NCBI GenBank assembly: GCA_977018835.1
Contig: OZ361256.1
Span: 3,348,001 to 3,412,000 of the forward strand
Origin: Minutocellus sp. GHC0000111
Lineage: Eukaryota
Length of the DNA: 64,000 bases
Reading direction: 5' to 3'
The position numbers were made by a program, and so were the translations under genes. Numbering within the stretch: the first letter of the stretch is position 1; each line of letters opens with the position of its first letter. This document shows positions 1 through 11,505 of the stretch, piece by piece. The notes under the pieces are model-generated. The model saw only the letters and a list, made by a program, of their open reading frames with translations, was not told where the DNA came from and did not search any database.

Positions 1-223
1 CTTGGGTGCGAACCCTTCGCTTCTGTGTCGATTGAGTCGACAACGTGGCCGGCTGGCATGGCTGGAGCATCGCTCCCGCCAATGGTCTTGGATCACCCAT
101 TCTCATCATGTGTTGGTGGATCTTGACATGGTAATGAATACCTAATGGTTACGGTGGCGAGTTACTACGCACTTGCGCTCTTTCTTAACCAACGCGACCA
201 GAAAATTAATTCAGCTACCGAGC

Positions 224-2257
224 ATGTTCTCATCCGCTACTTCGAAGGCTACTTTGGCCCTTCTGGCACTTCTGATCTTCCTTACACTTATTGCATCCAT
301 GTGGCATGTGGCGCCTCTGGTTCACAATCTTCCGCCATCCTTTGATCTGTATTCTACTGAATATGACGCTGCTGATATCCGAGCGCCGACTGCTGTCGGT
401 TGGAGACTCCGTCTAATAACCAGAATCATCGTCTCCAGTCCCCTCGGCGACTTCTTGGCTCGGGCACTGTTGGTAAAGAATGGCGTGCCACAGCTCGTGG
501 ACTTTGCAGAGGAAATATCAAAGGATCTAGAAAACGACCACCCCAACGGAAAGGAATACATCATTGGCGAGCCACCCCTAATCCGACTGTCACCTGCCGA
601 CTATGCATGGCACGACGACGCAGCAAGGGCAGAGCCAAAAGAGGCAGCAAAGCGGTTGGAGGCCCACAGTATCCAAAACAACGAGACGTGTGACTCCAAT
701 ACCAAAAAGAAGTACAATTCCATTTACGACTATCATCGAGCATATGCAGGAAACATCACAACTCCGTCGAAAGTGATTGCCAAACTGTTGGCTTTTATCA
801 ACAAGACGGATTCAATATTGAGATGTGTTGAGAGCACGGACGTTGATGGTGCGACATTGGCCGCAGAGGCATCCTTAAAGAGATGGAGAGATGGAGAACA
901 ACGGGGCATTTGGGACGGAGTACCTGTTATGGTGAAGCCTGAAGTAATGGTTCAAGCTTTGCCGTATACATCGGGGAAACAATTCCGGGACGACAACTCG
1001 GACGTTGCGGCATATGATGATATAAATATCAAACGGTTAAAGGACGCAGGTGCAATTGTTGTCGCTTACACGACGATGCACGAGCTTGGAGTTCAACCCA
1101 CGGGCTACAGCCCATGGCATGGAGGTCCTAACAACCCACATGCTCTAAATCACTTTTCTGGTGGGTCTTCGAGTGGCTCGGCGGTGGCAGTGGCGACTGG
1201 CATGGTCCCCATAGCCCTGGGTCAGGATGGCGGTGGCAGTATTCGGATACCAGCAGCTTGGTCTGGCACAGTCGGTCTAGCCGCTGGGTATGGTCGCATA
1301 CCGTTTCGCAAGGGCAAGGAAAATATATATATTCACAGTCGCCAAGGCAGGTGTTCTGACTGCTACTGTCGATGACTCGCTGGAAGCTCTGCTTCTTATT
1401 GGACAGGATGTATCGGAGGAAGAAGGTGCTGACAACCATCCCATCCATGTCTCATACGGAGGCAACGGTATACCGCCTCCCCATTCTCGACCTCGATGGT
1501 CGAATGCACTTATGGATCGTCCGATTCGGATTGGAATATACTGGGACTGGGTAAGACACCGCCCTTCCGTGGCGTATGCTGGGACTACAGGCAGAGACGA
1601 CGCGGTTTATAAATCGTTCGTTGAAATGATCGACACACTAAAGGAAAACGGTGCTGGCAACGGTAGGAGTTTGAGGTAGTTAAGATCACTCTTCACCACC
1701 TGAGCACACAGGCCTTGGTCCGCGGTATACTCATTACAAGCATGTTTAGTTTCGCTCAAGTCAATGAGCTCTATCGAGGCAAGAACAGAAGGCAAAGTGC
1801 TCGATTGGACGACGACTTGCAACCTGCGACGGAAGTTCAGATCAAACTTGGTAGTCAGATCACAGCCCTGGAGATTATGGCCAGTTATCGGATTAGAAAT
1901 TGGGCGTTGGCTCAATGGAGGGCTGTTCTACAAGACGTGGACGTGATACTGGCGCCTACAACGCCGATGACGGCACTGGTTCGACCACCCAGTAGCGATG
2001 TGATCGGATTGTCTGATACCGGCCTTTTTGTCCAAATGATGAGATTTATATGGCCAGGGAATCTTGTTGGATTGCCTGGTCTCGCAGTTCCCATCGGCAC
2101 AGATTCCGATGGCCTCCCTCTTTCAATACAGGTGCTTTGTAATCACTGGCATGAAGCAGAGTGCATATCGGTAGGTGGCGTTATCGAGAGCTTGAGTGCT
2201 GTTTCCAAGCCGATGCCTCCCGAGAAATTATTTGTTGACTTGCTCGGAAATAATTGA
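224..2257 (+). CDS. Amidase-signature family enzyme (fatty acid amide hydrolase-like), N-terminal TM anchor
   Basis: Amidase signature SGGSSSGSAVAVATG...GQDGGGSIRIPAAWSG, plus VPVMVK and C-terminal GNLVGLPGLAVPIG. Split over three ORFs by apparent indels near 1325 (ATATAT run) and 1665. Confidence 0.85.
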
Positions 2258-2604
2258 GCCCAATGCATATCGATAAGTAGATATGTCTATAAATGTTATC
2301 ATTTCAACAAAATGCCATACATGTAAGATAATTGATACGTTGTACGGCTGAAAAAAAAACATCAGGGCGATTCATGCCTCAAAACTTTTTTGTCACTACG
2401 ATCTCATCCACCCAACGAATGACTTCTTGAATGGAGGCCACAATGTTCTCACAAAGTCACTACATTGCAACTATAGTCTTTGTGGCTCGGGCTGGTCGAT
2501 CTTTGCGCCAATCATCGCCAGTCATCAGAATGCCTCAGCGTCAATTCCAACCTACAAAACTTTTCCGATCATGTTTTATCCAACGTACATACACCTCACT
2601 CCTT

Positions 2605-3870
2605 TTACTCATACTTGAAGGATTCCTCCTCACCGGCAATGTATCGGTTGGCAACAATGTTGCACAGCTCGGCCATGCGCTTGGAATATCCAGCCTCATT
2701 GTCATACCAGGCATAGATCTTCACCAGCGTACCGTCAATGACCTGCGTACTGAGCGCATCGATGATGGAACTGCGGGTGTCGTTGGTGTAGTCCGTCGAC
2801 ACGAGGGGCTTCTCCTCGTAGCCCAGAATGCCCTTGAGCGGACCGGACTCACTGGCCGCCTTGAGGGCGGCATTGACCTCCTCCTTGGTGGTGGGCTTCT
2901 CGACCTCAAAGACGCAGTCGGTGAGACTGGCGTTGAGGAGGGGGACACGGATGGCCAAGCCGTTGAGCTTGCCCTTGAGCTCGGGATAGATCTCGACGAT
3001 GGCAGTGGCAGAGCCGGTGGAGGTCGGGCAGAGGTTGAGCATGCCCGACCGAGCACGACGGAGGTCGGACTTTTTGGTTTTGGGCATGTCGACCAGCTAT
3101 GTGCGGAGGCGGAGGAACAATCAATTGGTGCGGTGCAATTGCAAGATTTGCAGAAGAGAACACAAGATGTGCCGGAAATGGAATGAGATTGTGATGACGA
3201 AAGATACGACCAAAATCATATCGGGTGCGCCTTGTATATGCCGCAAGAAAGCAGTGCGCCAAAGTAAACATCGTGCATATATACAAATAAGGTCAACTGA
3301 ACTCACCGTCTGGGTACCGGTAACGTCATGGACGGTGGTAATGCATCCGTGCTTGATGCCAAAGTTCTCCTTGACGACCTTGACGACGGGAGCCAGGCAG
3401 TTGGTAGTGCAACTGGCATTGGTCACGAGCTTCTGCTCCTCCTTGAGGAGACCGTGGTTGCACCCCAGCACGACGTTGAGGGCCTCGGGTTCCTTGACGG
3501 GGGCCGAAACGACGACGCGCTTCACACCGCATTCGGTGAAGTACGGCTCGAGCGTCTTGACCTTGAGGAACTTGCCGGTGCATTCCATCACCATGTCGAC
3601 GCCCATGGCGGCCCAGTCGACCTTGGTGAAGTCGGCCTCCTGGGAGAAGGTGACGGTCTTGTCATCGACGGTGAAGGAATTGCCGTCGACCTGGTCGACC
3701 TTGTGATTCCACGTGCCATGAACAGAGTCGTACTGGACGAGGTACGAGGCCGATTCGCAGGAGCAGAGGTCGTTGACGTGGACGATTTCCAGGGAGGGAT
3801 CGTCCCATGCGTAGCGGAACACGAGACCGCCGATGCGGCCGAAGCCATTGACTGCACACTTGATGGGCAT
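2605..3870 (-). CDS. Glyceraldehyde-3-phosphate dehydrogenase, ArsJ-associated type; 2 exons (3870-3307, 3096-2605), about 351 aa
   Basis: NGFGRIG, catalytic [10 protein letters not shown]. Subfamily-type motifs [49 protein letters not shown] and WYDNEAGY. Intron 3306-3097 (GTGAGT...ATAG) joins the exons in frame. No targeting peptide. Confidence 0.9.
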
Positions 3871-4378
3871 GGTTGGAGCAGGAGAGGTGAGGCCGAGGGG
3901 TGGTAAAGTGAAAGTAGAAAGTGACGAATGAGGATGACAGATTTAGCGGCTGGCGGCGAATCTCGAATCTCGGCACTCGGGACGAATCTCGAACTGTGAA
4001 GGTAATATATTTGTAACAAGACCTTGTAGTCTAATTATTTCCCTTTCTCCCCATTGTGATTAGGGTATTTCGTTTGACAATATTTGTAATGCATCCCCTC
4101 CACGAGTTTCGCTGAAGGCGCAAATGAGGTCGCATCAGCCCAGCTGGCTGGCAGTCGCAGCTCTGCAGTTGGAGACAAGTCACATTGAGTTGACGATTGT
4201 TCGTGGCGATTGCTGCAGCTCTGCGCTCACCTTCTGAGCAGCTTCAATCACCCCGTATCTTTCTTTCTGGCGCAGAAGTCTCCTATCAGGGCAGCACGCA
4301 TTCTCTACTGACTTGCCGTTGATCAAGAACGATCATACGAAAACACAGTCCGGCAAAGACGAGGAGCGAGCAACAAAC
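3871..4378. promoter_or_regulatory. Divergent (bidirectional) promoter region between GAPDH and arsJ, with 3x CGAATCTC(G) at 3957, 3964 and 3983
   Basis: ATGs at 3870 (-) and 4379 (+) point away from each other. Three copies of a 9-mer lie within 35 bp. Confidence 0.6.
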
Positions 4379-6344
4379 ATGACCAAGGCATTGTATGACA
4401 AGTTTGAAGATGGTGGCGACAATGAAGATCAATTCGCGGACGAGGTCGTTGCCGCTAACAATGAGGATCAACAGCAGCAAGATGAAGAGTCGCCCGAGGC
4501 CGCGGCAGCTCCTCAGTTTGAACCAACCGCCGAGCAGGCCGTCAGTGCCAGCAGCAGCGGCACGACCCCAGCCTCGTCCAAAAAGAAGGGGGGAGACTCC
4601 AACACGGGCAACATTTCCTTCAAGGATCTGACGTCCGACCACCTCCGCCCGTTCGCCATCATCTCCACGTCGTATCTGCTCTTTACGGTGACCGACGGTG
4701 CCATCCGCATGATTGTCCTGCTCCATGCGTACAATCTCAACTTTTCCGCGTTGGAGGTGGCCATCATGTTTACCTTGTATGAGCTGGCGGGCGCCGTCAC
4801 CAACCTGCTGGCGGGTGTCATGGGTGCCAAGTGGGGCATCAAGCTGACGCTAATTACCGGCCTCACGTTGCAGTTGGCCGCCTACGGCATGTTGTTTGGG
4901 TGGAATCCTGACTGGTCCAAGGGTCAGGCCACCTTGTTTGTTACCTTTGCCCAAATGTTGGCGGGTATTGCCAAGGATTTGACCAAATTGGGCGGCAAGA
5001 CGGTGACCAAGCTGGTCACACCGGAAGAACAAAACACCCGGCTGTTCAAGCTCGTCAGTCTCATCACAGGTTGGAAGAACAGCCTCAAGGGCGTCGGTTA
5101 CTTTCTGGGAAGTGCCCTCATCGGTGTATCGTACGAGTTGGCGCTGGGCTTCATGATGGGCCTCATCGTTTTGGCCATGCCGTGGGCAATCCTTGGGCTG
5201 GACAGCAAACTGGGCACGGCCAAGAAGAAGAATTCGACGCTGAAGGAAATTTTTGTCATGGACAATCAGCAGCTCAACGTGCTGAGTTTGGCACGGTTGT
5301 TTCTGTTTGCGTCGCGTGATTTTTGGTTCGAGGTGCCGTTGCCGTTTTATCTGCGAAGTCCAGGCTGCGAAGGGCTGGGCACCGACCCATGTATGGACAA
5401 TTCGGACTGTACTCGAGGTGCCGCCTGTGGCATGGAGAGTGGAGTTTGTGAGAATTTCAATGATGGCGGCGGATGTGGCGGACTGGGTGTTCAGAGTGTT
5501 GTTGGTGAGTATATTGCACATGACGAATGACAAATATCAAGTACAACTACCCCCTTGAATACTATTTTCCTCTCGTCGTTTGTCTCATTAATTTGTCATA
5601 TCCTCAAATATTCTCACCTCTTAAATCAGTCGGCGCCTTCCTTGGAGGATACATCATCCTTTATGGTCAGGTGCAGAGCTGGACTCCGCAACTGGTCACT
5701 GGACCATTGGGCCAAACACCACCCAATAAGCTCACGGAAGTGCTTTGGGGAATCATCAACTGCATCCCAACCCTTGTAATGGGGTTAGTGATGTCGTTTT
5801 CACCCGTATTCTTGGAATACAACGTCAGTGGAATGATCGGGTGGCTAATCTCGTCCATCGTTGCGTTTGCCATCATTTTCGCCATCAATTCCAGCATCCA
5901 TTCCTATCTCGTTGTGAAGTATGCCAAATCTGACAAGGTGGCGGTCAGTGTTGGCTTTTACTATATGAGTAACGCCCTTGGCCGATTGATGGGTACCATT
6001 GGATCTGGTCTGATCTTTACTTATGTTGGCGAATATTTTGGAGAATTTGTTGGTCATGATGGTACTGCGGGATTGGCTGCGTCTACTTGGCTGGAACCCT
6101 TTCGAGTGCAGCGGCTGCATTCATCACCACCTTCATTGATGACGATGAGGGTGGCTTGAAATGTGGAAATATGACTTGTGTTCATGCTGAGATAGAAGAA
6201 AACGAAGATGCTGAGAATGAATCAGGCGGCGATGGCAAAGCAAACGGAACGAAGGAGACCGATGAGAAAAAGATGTCGCAAGCGCAGGAGATGTCGCAAG
6301 CGCAGGAGTCTACCCTAAGTGCCTCTGCAGTATCATCAGCATGA
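4379..6344 (+). CDS. arsJ: ArsJ-like MFS transporter (organoarsenical efflux permease); intron 5505-5629; probable 1-nt indel near 6083
   Basis: Motifs FTVTDGAIRMIVLLH, YELAGAVTNL, AQMLAGIAKDLTKLGGK, TGWKNSLKGVGYFLG, RLFLFASRDFWF, FAINSSIHSYL and VGFYYMSNALGRLMGT match bacterial ArsJ as I recall it. The GTGAGT...TCAG intron restores V|VGAFLGGYIILYGQVQ. Confidence 0.85.
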
Positions 6345-6397
6345 CACGCGTAGTAACCGTGAATTATAGTTGTTCATTAATTTTCGATCGATATTTT

Positions 6398-7979
6398 CTA
6401 CGCTGCTACAGATGATCTTACCCTTCGGCGAACGTTTCGTTTCTTGAGGGGAATGTGCAAATCTTCGGGGTCTCGGCCGTGGCAAAATGGAGCCTGGCTC
6501 TTCATACAGACACGGTGTTTGGCCCGAGCAAAGGCCCGTGCTGTCCGGCCGGTCGTGCTGATGGCATGACGAAGAGGCCTGGGGATAGAGCCGTTGTTCG
6601 CAAGCAAAATCGAGTTTATGTCGAGATACCGGTTGAGGGAGTAGGGATTACGCTCCTGTAATGCCATGGTTTTCTTTTGTGGGAGGATCGACTGCGAGGA
6701 GAAGTACACCATTTCCTCGTATTCGAATTCATCCTCTTTCCATGGTTCATCCAACAAAGCTAGGGCAATGGCTTCAATGTAATTGCCAAGGATGTCAAGA
6801 TTATAGCCTCCTTCCAGGGCCACGACGAGGGGGGTGTTTCGGCCAGCGGCGTCCAACAGAGAATTTGTAATAGCATAGTATGCGTCCGGCGTCAATTTGC
6901 AGTCCCCAAGCAAATCACCCTCGGCTGCATCGAGGCCTGCCGACACGAGTATCAAGTCGGGCTTGAAGGCTCTTATGGCTGGCTCAACCACCTGTGTCAT
7001 GGCCACTGCATACTCCGAGTTGCCCATACCGCTCTGTTCCCACACGATATTTAGATTGGTTCCCAACGCATCTCCCTTGCCAACATCGTTCACGGATCCT
7101 GTACCGGGATAGAACCAGGAGGACCGCTCAGCGTCATCACTATGGACCGAGTTGCTTGCTCGATGTATTGACAAATAGAATATGTTTGGGTCGTCGTAAG
7201 TCAACCCCTGCGTTCCGTTCCCGTGATGGATATCTAAATCAAATATAATCACCCGCGAGGCTCTTTTGGTTGCAATTGCATGCTTTGCCGCGATTGCTAC
7301 ATTGCCAAAGTAGCAGAATCCTACGAAATGACATGCAGTTGATGGTGGGAGGGCATGAATGTGAATTAGGGTTCTCATTGGTGACATATACTGTTTTTGG
7401 CCATTCGTGAGGATCGACTCGACTTACCCATAGGCTTATTGCGCAATGCGTGATGACCCGGTGGACGGACCAAGGCCAGCGACCTCGTTACTTGAGAATT
7501 TGACTCGGTACAGGCATTTACACACTCGACGACACCCCCAGCAGCCAATGATGCGGCCTCGAATGTGTGTGAATTATAATATAGATCGCTCGGATCGGTC
7601 AGGTTCACATGCTCATCGTTGGTCATAAGAGCCGTGCTTTGAATGAAATTGTAATGGTCTGGACTGTGCGCGAGGAGGATCGTATCTCGCGACGCAGGAC
7701 GGCAGGGGAGCGATATGAGTCGTCTAGTTGTGGGCGAAGTGGAATGGCGCGAAAGATATTCGGCAAGACTCGTTTGCGACATCCAAGGATACTGACGCTG
7801 CAGGAGCGTCCATTCCATCTCCTGCAGGCGTTCCAACAGAGCTGTCAATCTAGGCGCGGTTTCGACGTATTGTTCTGCATCGTCGGCGTACCTAGGTAGT
7901 CTGTATCATTGATTTTTGGCTGTTCGGGAGGCGCATGGAGGCTCATTCGAGCGTCGGTGCATACATAGATGGAAGTCAT
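6398..7979 (-). CDS. Histone deacetylase, class II-like; intron 7427-7321
   Basis: RPPGHHA, G|FCYFGNVAIAA, DLDIHHGNGTQ, SAGLDAAEGDLLG and LEGGY motifs. The 5' end needs one frameshift near 7890. Confidence 0.85.
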
Positions 7980-8383
7980 TTTGGATAATTAGATATTGTT
8001 GTTAGCGTTCTCTTTGTGAATGGTTGTGATGTTTGGATTGTGAGAGCAGTTCAGTTGTCGATGCCGTCCTCGCCCCTTTGCTTGTCGCTCTCTGTCGGGA
8101 GAGCGTTTTCGAAGCAGTCCTCATCTTGTGATGCTTGGAGTTCTTCGAATGATGACTTGACTTGTTCGACTGACTCTCAAGAAATTCTGCCCCTCCAGAC
8201 AAGGCCTTTGCTTCGGCCAGTCGCTCTTTGCTTGTCCCGCTTGACTCATCCGACTAAGAATCCCGCCGATGTCGTGGTGCCGTCAAAAATCTGCGCTGGT
8301 CTTTTTGCTTCGTTCTCGTTCCAGCACATCCCACAATTTCAAGCAATAGCACATTACCATCCCTCTCTCTCCATCGATATCGA

Positions 8384-9100
8384 ATGAACTCACAGAGAAT
8401 ACGCAACAGAGCAACCATGCCTCCATCCATAAAGGAAGACATCATCATGGGAAACACAGAGCCAAGCGAGCACGACGACCTGGACGACTTCTTCGCCTCT
8501 GACTCATTAGAGCGCTCATCGACAGTAAAAGCCGTGACCAAATCACACAAAACAGCCATTTCCACCAACGACCGCACGGCTGAACTGGCCAAGCTTCCCA
8601 CGAAACGGCCGAGGCGATCCAACACTCCCTCGCAGGGCGTTCGGTTCTCCAACGTCGAAACGCGAGAGTACGAACGCATCGTCGGCGATCACGACGATCT
8701 GCTCGGTCCGCCCCTCGCCATCGGTTGGTCCTACAATGTGCACGACGCGGTCGATCTGGACAAGTACGAGGAGGACCGGACCAACACCCGCAAGCCCGAA
8801 TACGAGCTCATCCTCACCCCCAACGGCCGACGACATTTGTTGATGAATGAATTTGGCATCAGCGCCGATCACATCACCCAGGCCGAGCGCATGCTGGCCG
8901 AACAACGACGCACGAACGAGCTGGCGGCTAGTGCCTCAGAGGCTTCCGAGAGGAAGAAGAAGGAGCGCAGCGGCAGCATCCTCAAGAGAGCCCGACGGAA
9001 GATTGCCAAGCGACTGAGTTTGGAACGGGCCACCGACATTGGTTCCAGCTTGATTGCCATGTCCAGCCCGTTCAGTTCCGTGTATGCCAGTGCCAGATAA
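8384..9100 (+). CDS. Hypothetical protein of a family common in diatoms (VRFSNVETREYERIVGD...GPPLAIGW motif)
   Basis: 238-aa ORF with coding-like codon bias and a recognisable V.F..V..REY.R..GD..GPP..IGW block. Confidence 0.65.
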   Translation: MNSQRIRNRATMPPSIKEDIIMGNTEPSEHDDLDDFFASDSLERSSTVKAVTKSHKTAISTNDRTAELAKLPTKRPRRSNTPSQGVRFSNVETREYERIVGDHDDLLGPPLAIGWSYNVHDAVDLDKYEEDRTNTRKPEYELILTPNGRRHLLMNEFGISADHITQAERMLAEQRRTNELAASASEASERKKKERSGSILKRARRKIAKRLSLERATDIGSSLIAMSSPFSSVYASAR

Positions 9101-9759
9101 ATGGTGTGATGGTTCCTACAAAAAAGGCCTGCTTTCGGAAGAATGACTCAGGAAAAAGTACCGGTACATCATGTGCAGAAAACCATAGAGACAATTTAGA
9201 TTGAACATAATCACTTTATAGCTAGAACATTTGCGATCGATACATTGCATTAGGTAGAGTTTGGTTGGGCGTGCATCGGTTCCATTCGTTGCCGAACTTG
9301 GTGCATTGGCCATAACACACTTGGCTGGAGCCGCACAACAAGAAAAGGAAAGCCGCACACAACTGCGGACGCTTGGATGACGCCGACGGCGAGGTTTGAA
9401 AGGGTTCAAAGAAATTAGAAACTTTTAACGCGCAACGTATATTAATACTGACAAAGTGAAAATAATTATTTAACATGTAATTACTTGATAACTAATTCAT
9501 CCGAACTCCAACGATGGCATCAGATGATGTGCTCGACGACGTCCTTTGTTCCCCACCAGCCAGCCAGCCAGCCAGCCACCACTCTGTGTGCGACGAAATC
9601 AAAAACGGCGTGCCCTGCCCTCTGCTTTGCTCCCGCTCAGTCCCTTTGGCCCTTACCAGATACCAGATACAAGGCAATAGGCGGCTGGATTGGACACTCG
9701 AAGCAGTTATCATGTCTCTTGTCCATCCCATCAATCCATAGCTGAGCAGATATTGAAAC

Positions 9760-10695
9760 ATGGTGGTCTACCGCCACGACAAGCGAGCGGGCAATTTTGG
9801 TGACGTTCACAAACACATCGCTCTGCTCTCTGCCCTGTCGGCGACCACTGCAGCAGCATCAAATCGAAAAGTATTGTACATCGAAACTCATGCCGCATCT
9901 GGTTCGTACGAGAGTACGTCAAGCAAGTCCGAGGACACGGGAGTCGGCCGAGTGCTGGCCGCCGATGAGTCACATGCTATTTTGTCACAAGACATCCAGG
10001 CATATGCGGATGCGATCAAAAGATATCGTAATGGCGGGGCAAAATCAAAGCATCGATATCCAGGTTCGCCAGTGCTGGCCCTCTCGTGCTTGCGGTCAGG
10101 AAGAGATGAAGAAATGTGCGCGGAATATCAGCAAGACGTTGCAAATGAATTGTCACATACTCTCACTACATATCAAGAGGAAAATGACACATCGGTAGCG
10201 ACGACAGTAGAAGTAGGAGATGGATACGCTGCCATGCGAAGGAAGATGGCCAGCCTGACCAAAAATGACGAAGACGCAAAGAGCACGGTGCCGTTTATTC
10301 TTATCGACCCGCCATATACGGACCTACAAAGTGAGCTGGACGATGTACCAATGGCAACCAGAGATTGTATCGCTGCGTCATCGGAGTCCATCATAATGAT
10401 ATGGTATCCAATCAAGAAGGGTCGTGACGACATCCTCTTGTCGTGGAAGGGAGACCTCGCGTCAGCTATCCGGGGAAAGCCGCATCGTCTCGTGCTTAGT
10501 GAAATCTGGACCAGTTCGCGAACAAACCAATCAAATGGATGCAAAGAGGACGCTCTGGTGGGATCAGGGATAGCACTAATTCATCGCCATGACGACGTGA
10601 CTGATAAATTGATGTATTTGACCAAGGGGCTCAACGATATTCTGTCTTCTGATGATAAGCAAAGAATTGGGAGCTGGAGTGTGTTGGAATGCTAG
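9760..10695 (+). CDS. rlmJ: RlmJ-like (23S rRNA m6A2030) adenine methyltransferase
   Basis: N-terminal YRHDKRAGNFGDVHKH, then YIETHAASGSY, YPGSP, catalytic LIDPPY and IWYPI. Intronless. Confidence 0.8.
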   Translation: MVVYRHDKRAGNFGDVHKHIALLSALSATTAAASNRKVLYIETHAASGSYESTSSKSEDTGVGRVLAADESHAILSQDIQAYADAIKRYRNGGAKSKHRYPGSPVLALSCLRSGRDEEMCAEYQQDVANELSHTLTTYQEENDTSVATTVEVGDGYAAMRRKMASLTKNDEDAKSTVPFILIDPPYTDLQSELDDVPMATRDCIAASSESIIMIWYPIKKGRDDILLSWKGDLASAIRGKPHRLVLSEIWTSSRTNQSNGCKEDALVGSGIALIHRHDDVTDKLMYLTKGLNDILSSDDKQRIGSWSVLEC

Positions 10696-10866
10696 CTCGA
10701 GTATCTACATCTATGCTTTGCTCTACAGAATGATTTGCAATATGCTAGCTCCAGGGCATCATATGCGAAGTTTTCGGTGCGATGAAGGTGCTATTCAGTA
10801 CATGATCGATGCGAGGCGATCTCGTTAGGTAATTACTACGTAGTATGTAAAATATAGACTTTTTCA

Positions 10867-11505
10867 TTAGAAAATGTAGACCGAACCGTCCGCTGTTTTG
10901 CAGCTAAGGTTGTCTTCTAGGCATGTTCCACAGCATGGCCAGTAGTAATCGAAGTCAAAGTTTTCCGGGACGGTGCATGTTGGGTCAACTGGAATCGACT
11001 GGCAAGTTTTTGGTCCGCATATGTCGCACGTTGCCACGTTGCCGTCGGTATCCGTCCGGCCTTCGCAGTCACGGTCGCTCTGGCATCCAGAGTCGAAGAG
11101 ATCACCGATCGGCTCGCCACATCGGCTTGTGACGCACTGAGGAGGTAGTGCTGCGTCGCCTGTTGGTTCACTCAGGTCCTCATCCGGTGGGACACAGACT
11201 CCTGCCATGCACGTGAGGCCTGGAACATACGAAGAGTCGCAGGAAATGATTGTTTTACCCCTGAATTTTGTCTCACAGCACGCGCTACCGACGGCAGCAC
11301 AGGTGCTTCCAGCAGACGCAGTTCCGTCATTTCCACCGCCGCCGTTTGGGTTGCCGCCGTCGTTGCCACCGCCGTTGCCTCCCCTGGCGAGGGCCCTGGC
11401 AATGGAGCGAAGATGATGACGGATTGCCGGCTCGTCCGAATGAGCAGCAGCAATGCCGGTAACCGACAAGCCTGAAAGCATAAGGGCTACTTTCGAAAGA
11501 TTCAT
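10867..11505 (-). CDS. Secreted cysteine-rich protein
   Basis: Signal peptide MNLSKVALMLSGLSVTGIAAA, a Gly/Asn linker and many Cys residues. Confidence 0.7.
   Translation of the reverse strand: MNLSKVALMLSGLSVTGIAAAHSDEPAIRHHLRSIARALARGGNGGGNDGGNPNGGGGNDGTASAGSTCAAVGSACCETKFRGKTIISCDSSYVPGLTCMAGVCVPPDEDLSEPTGDAALPPQCVTSRCGEPIGDLFDSGCQSDRDCEGRTDTDGNVATCDICGPKTCQSIPVDPTCTVPENFDFDYYWPCCGTCLEDNLSCKTADGSVYIF

Noticed and set aside
1310..1720. Programmed frameshifting in the amidase (and in arsJ near 6083, HDAC near 7890, and near 55445)
   Set aside because: Scattered small indels in many unrelated genes, some in simple repeats, are better explained by assembly consensus errors.
9556..9580. (CCAG)5 microsatellite, and the 18-bp duplication at about 6271-6308 in the arsJ tail
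   Set aside because: Ordinary slippage repeats with no further structure.
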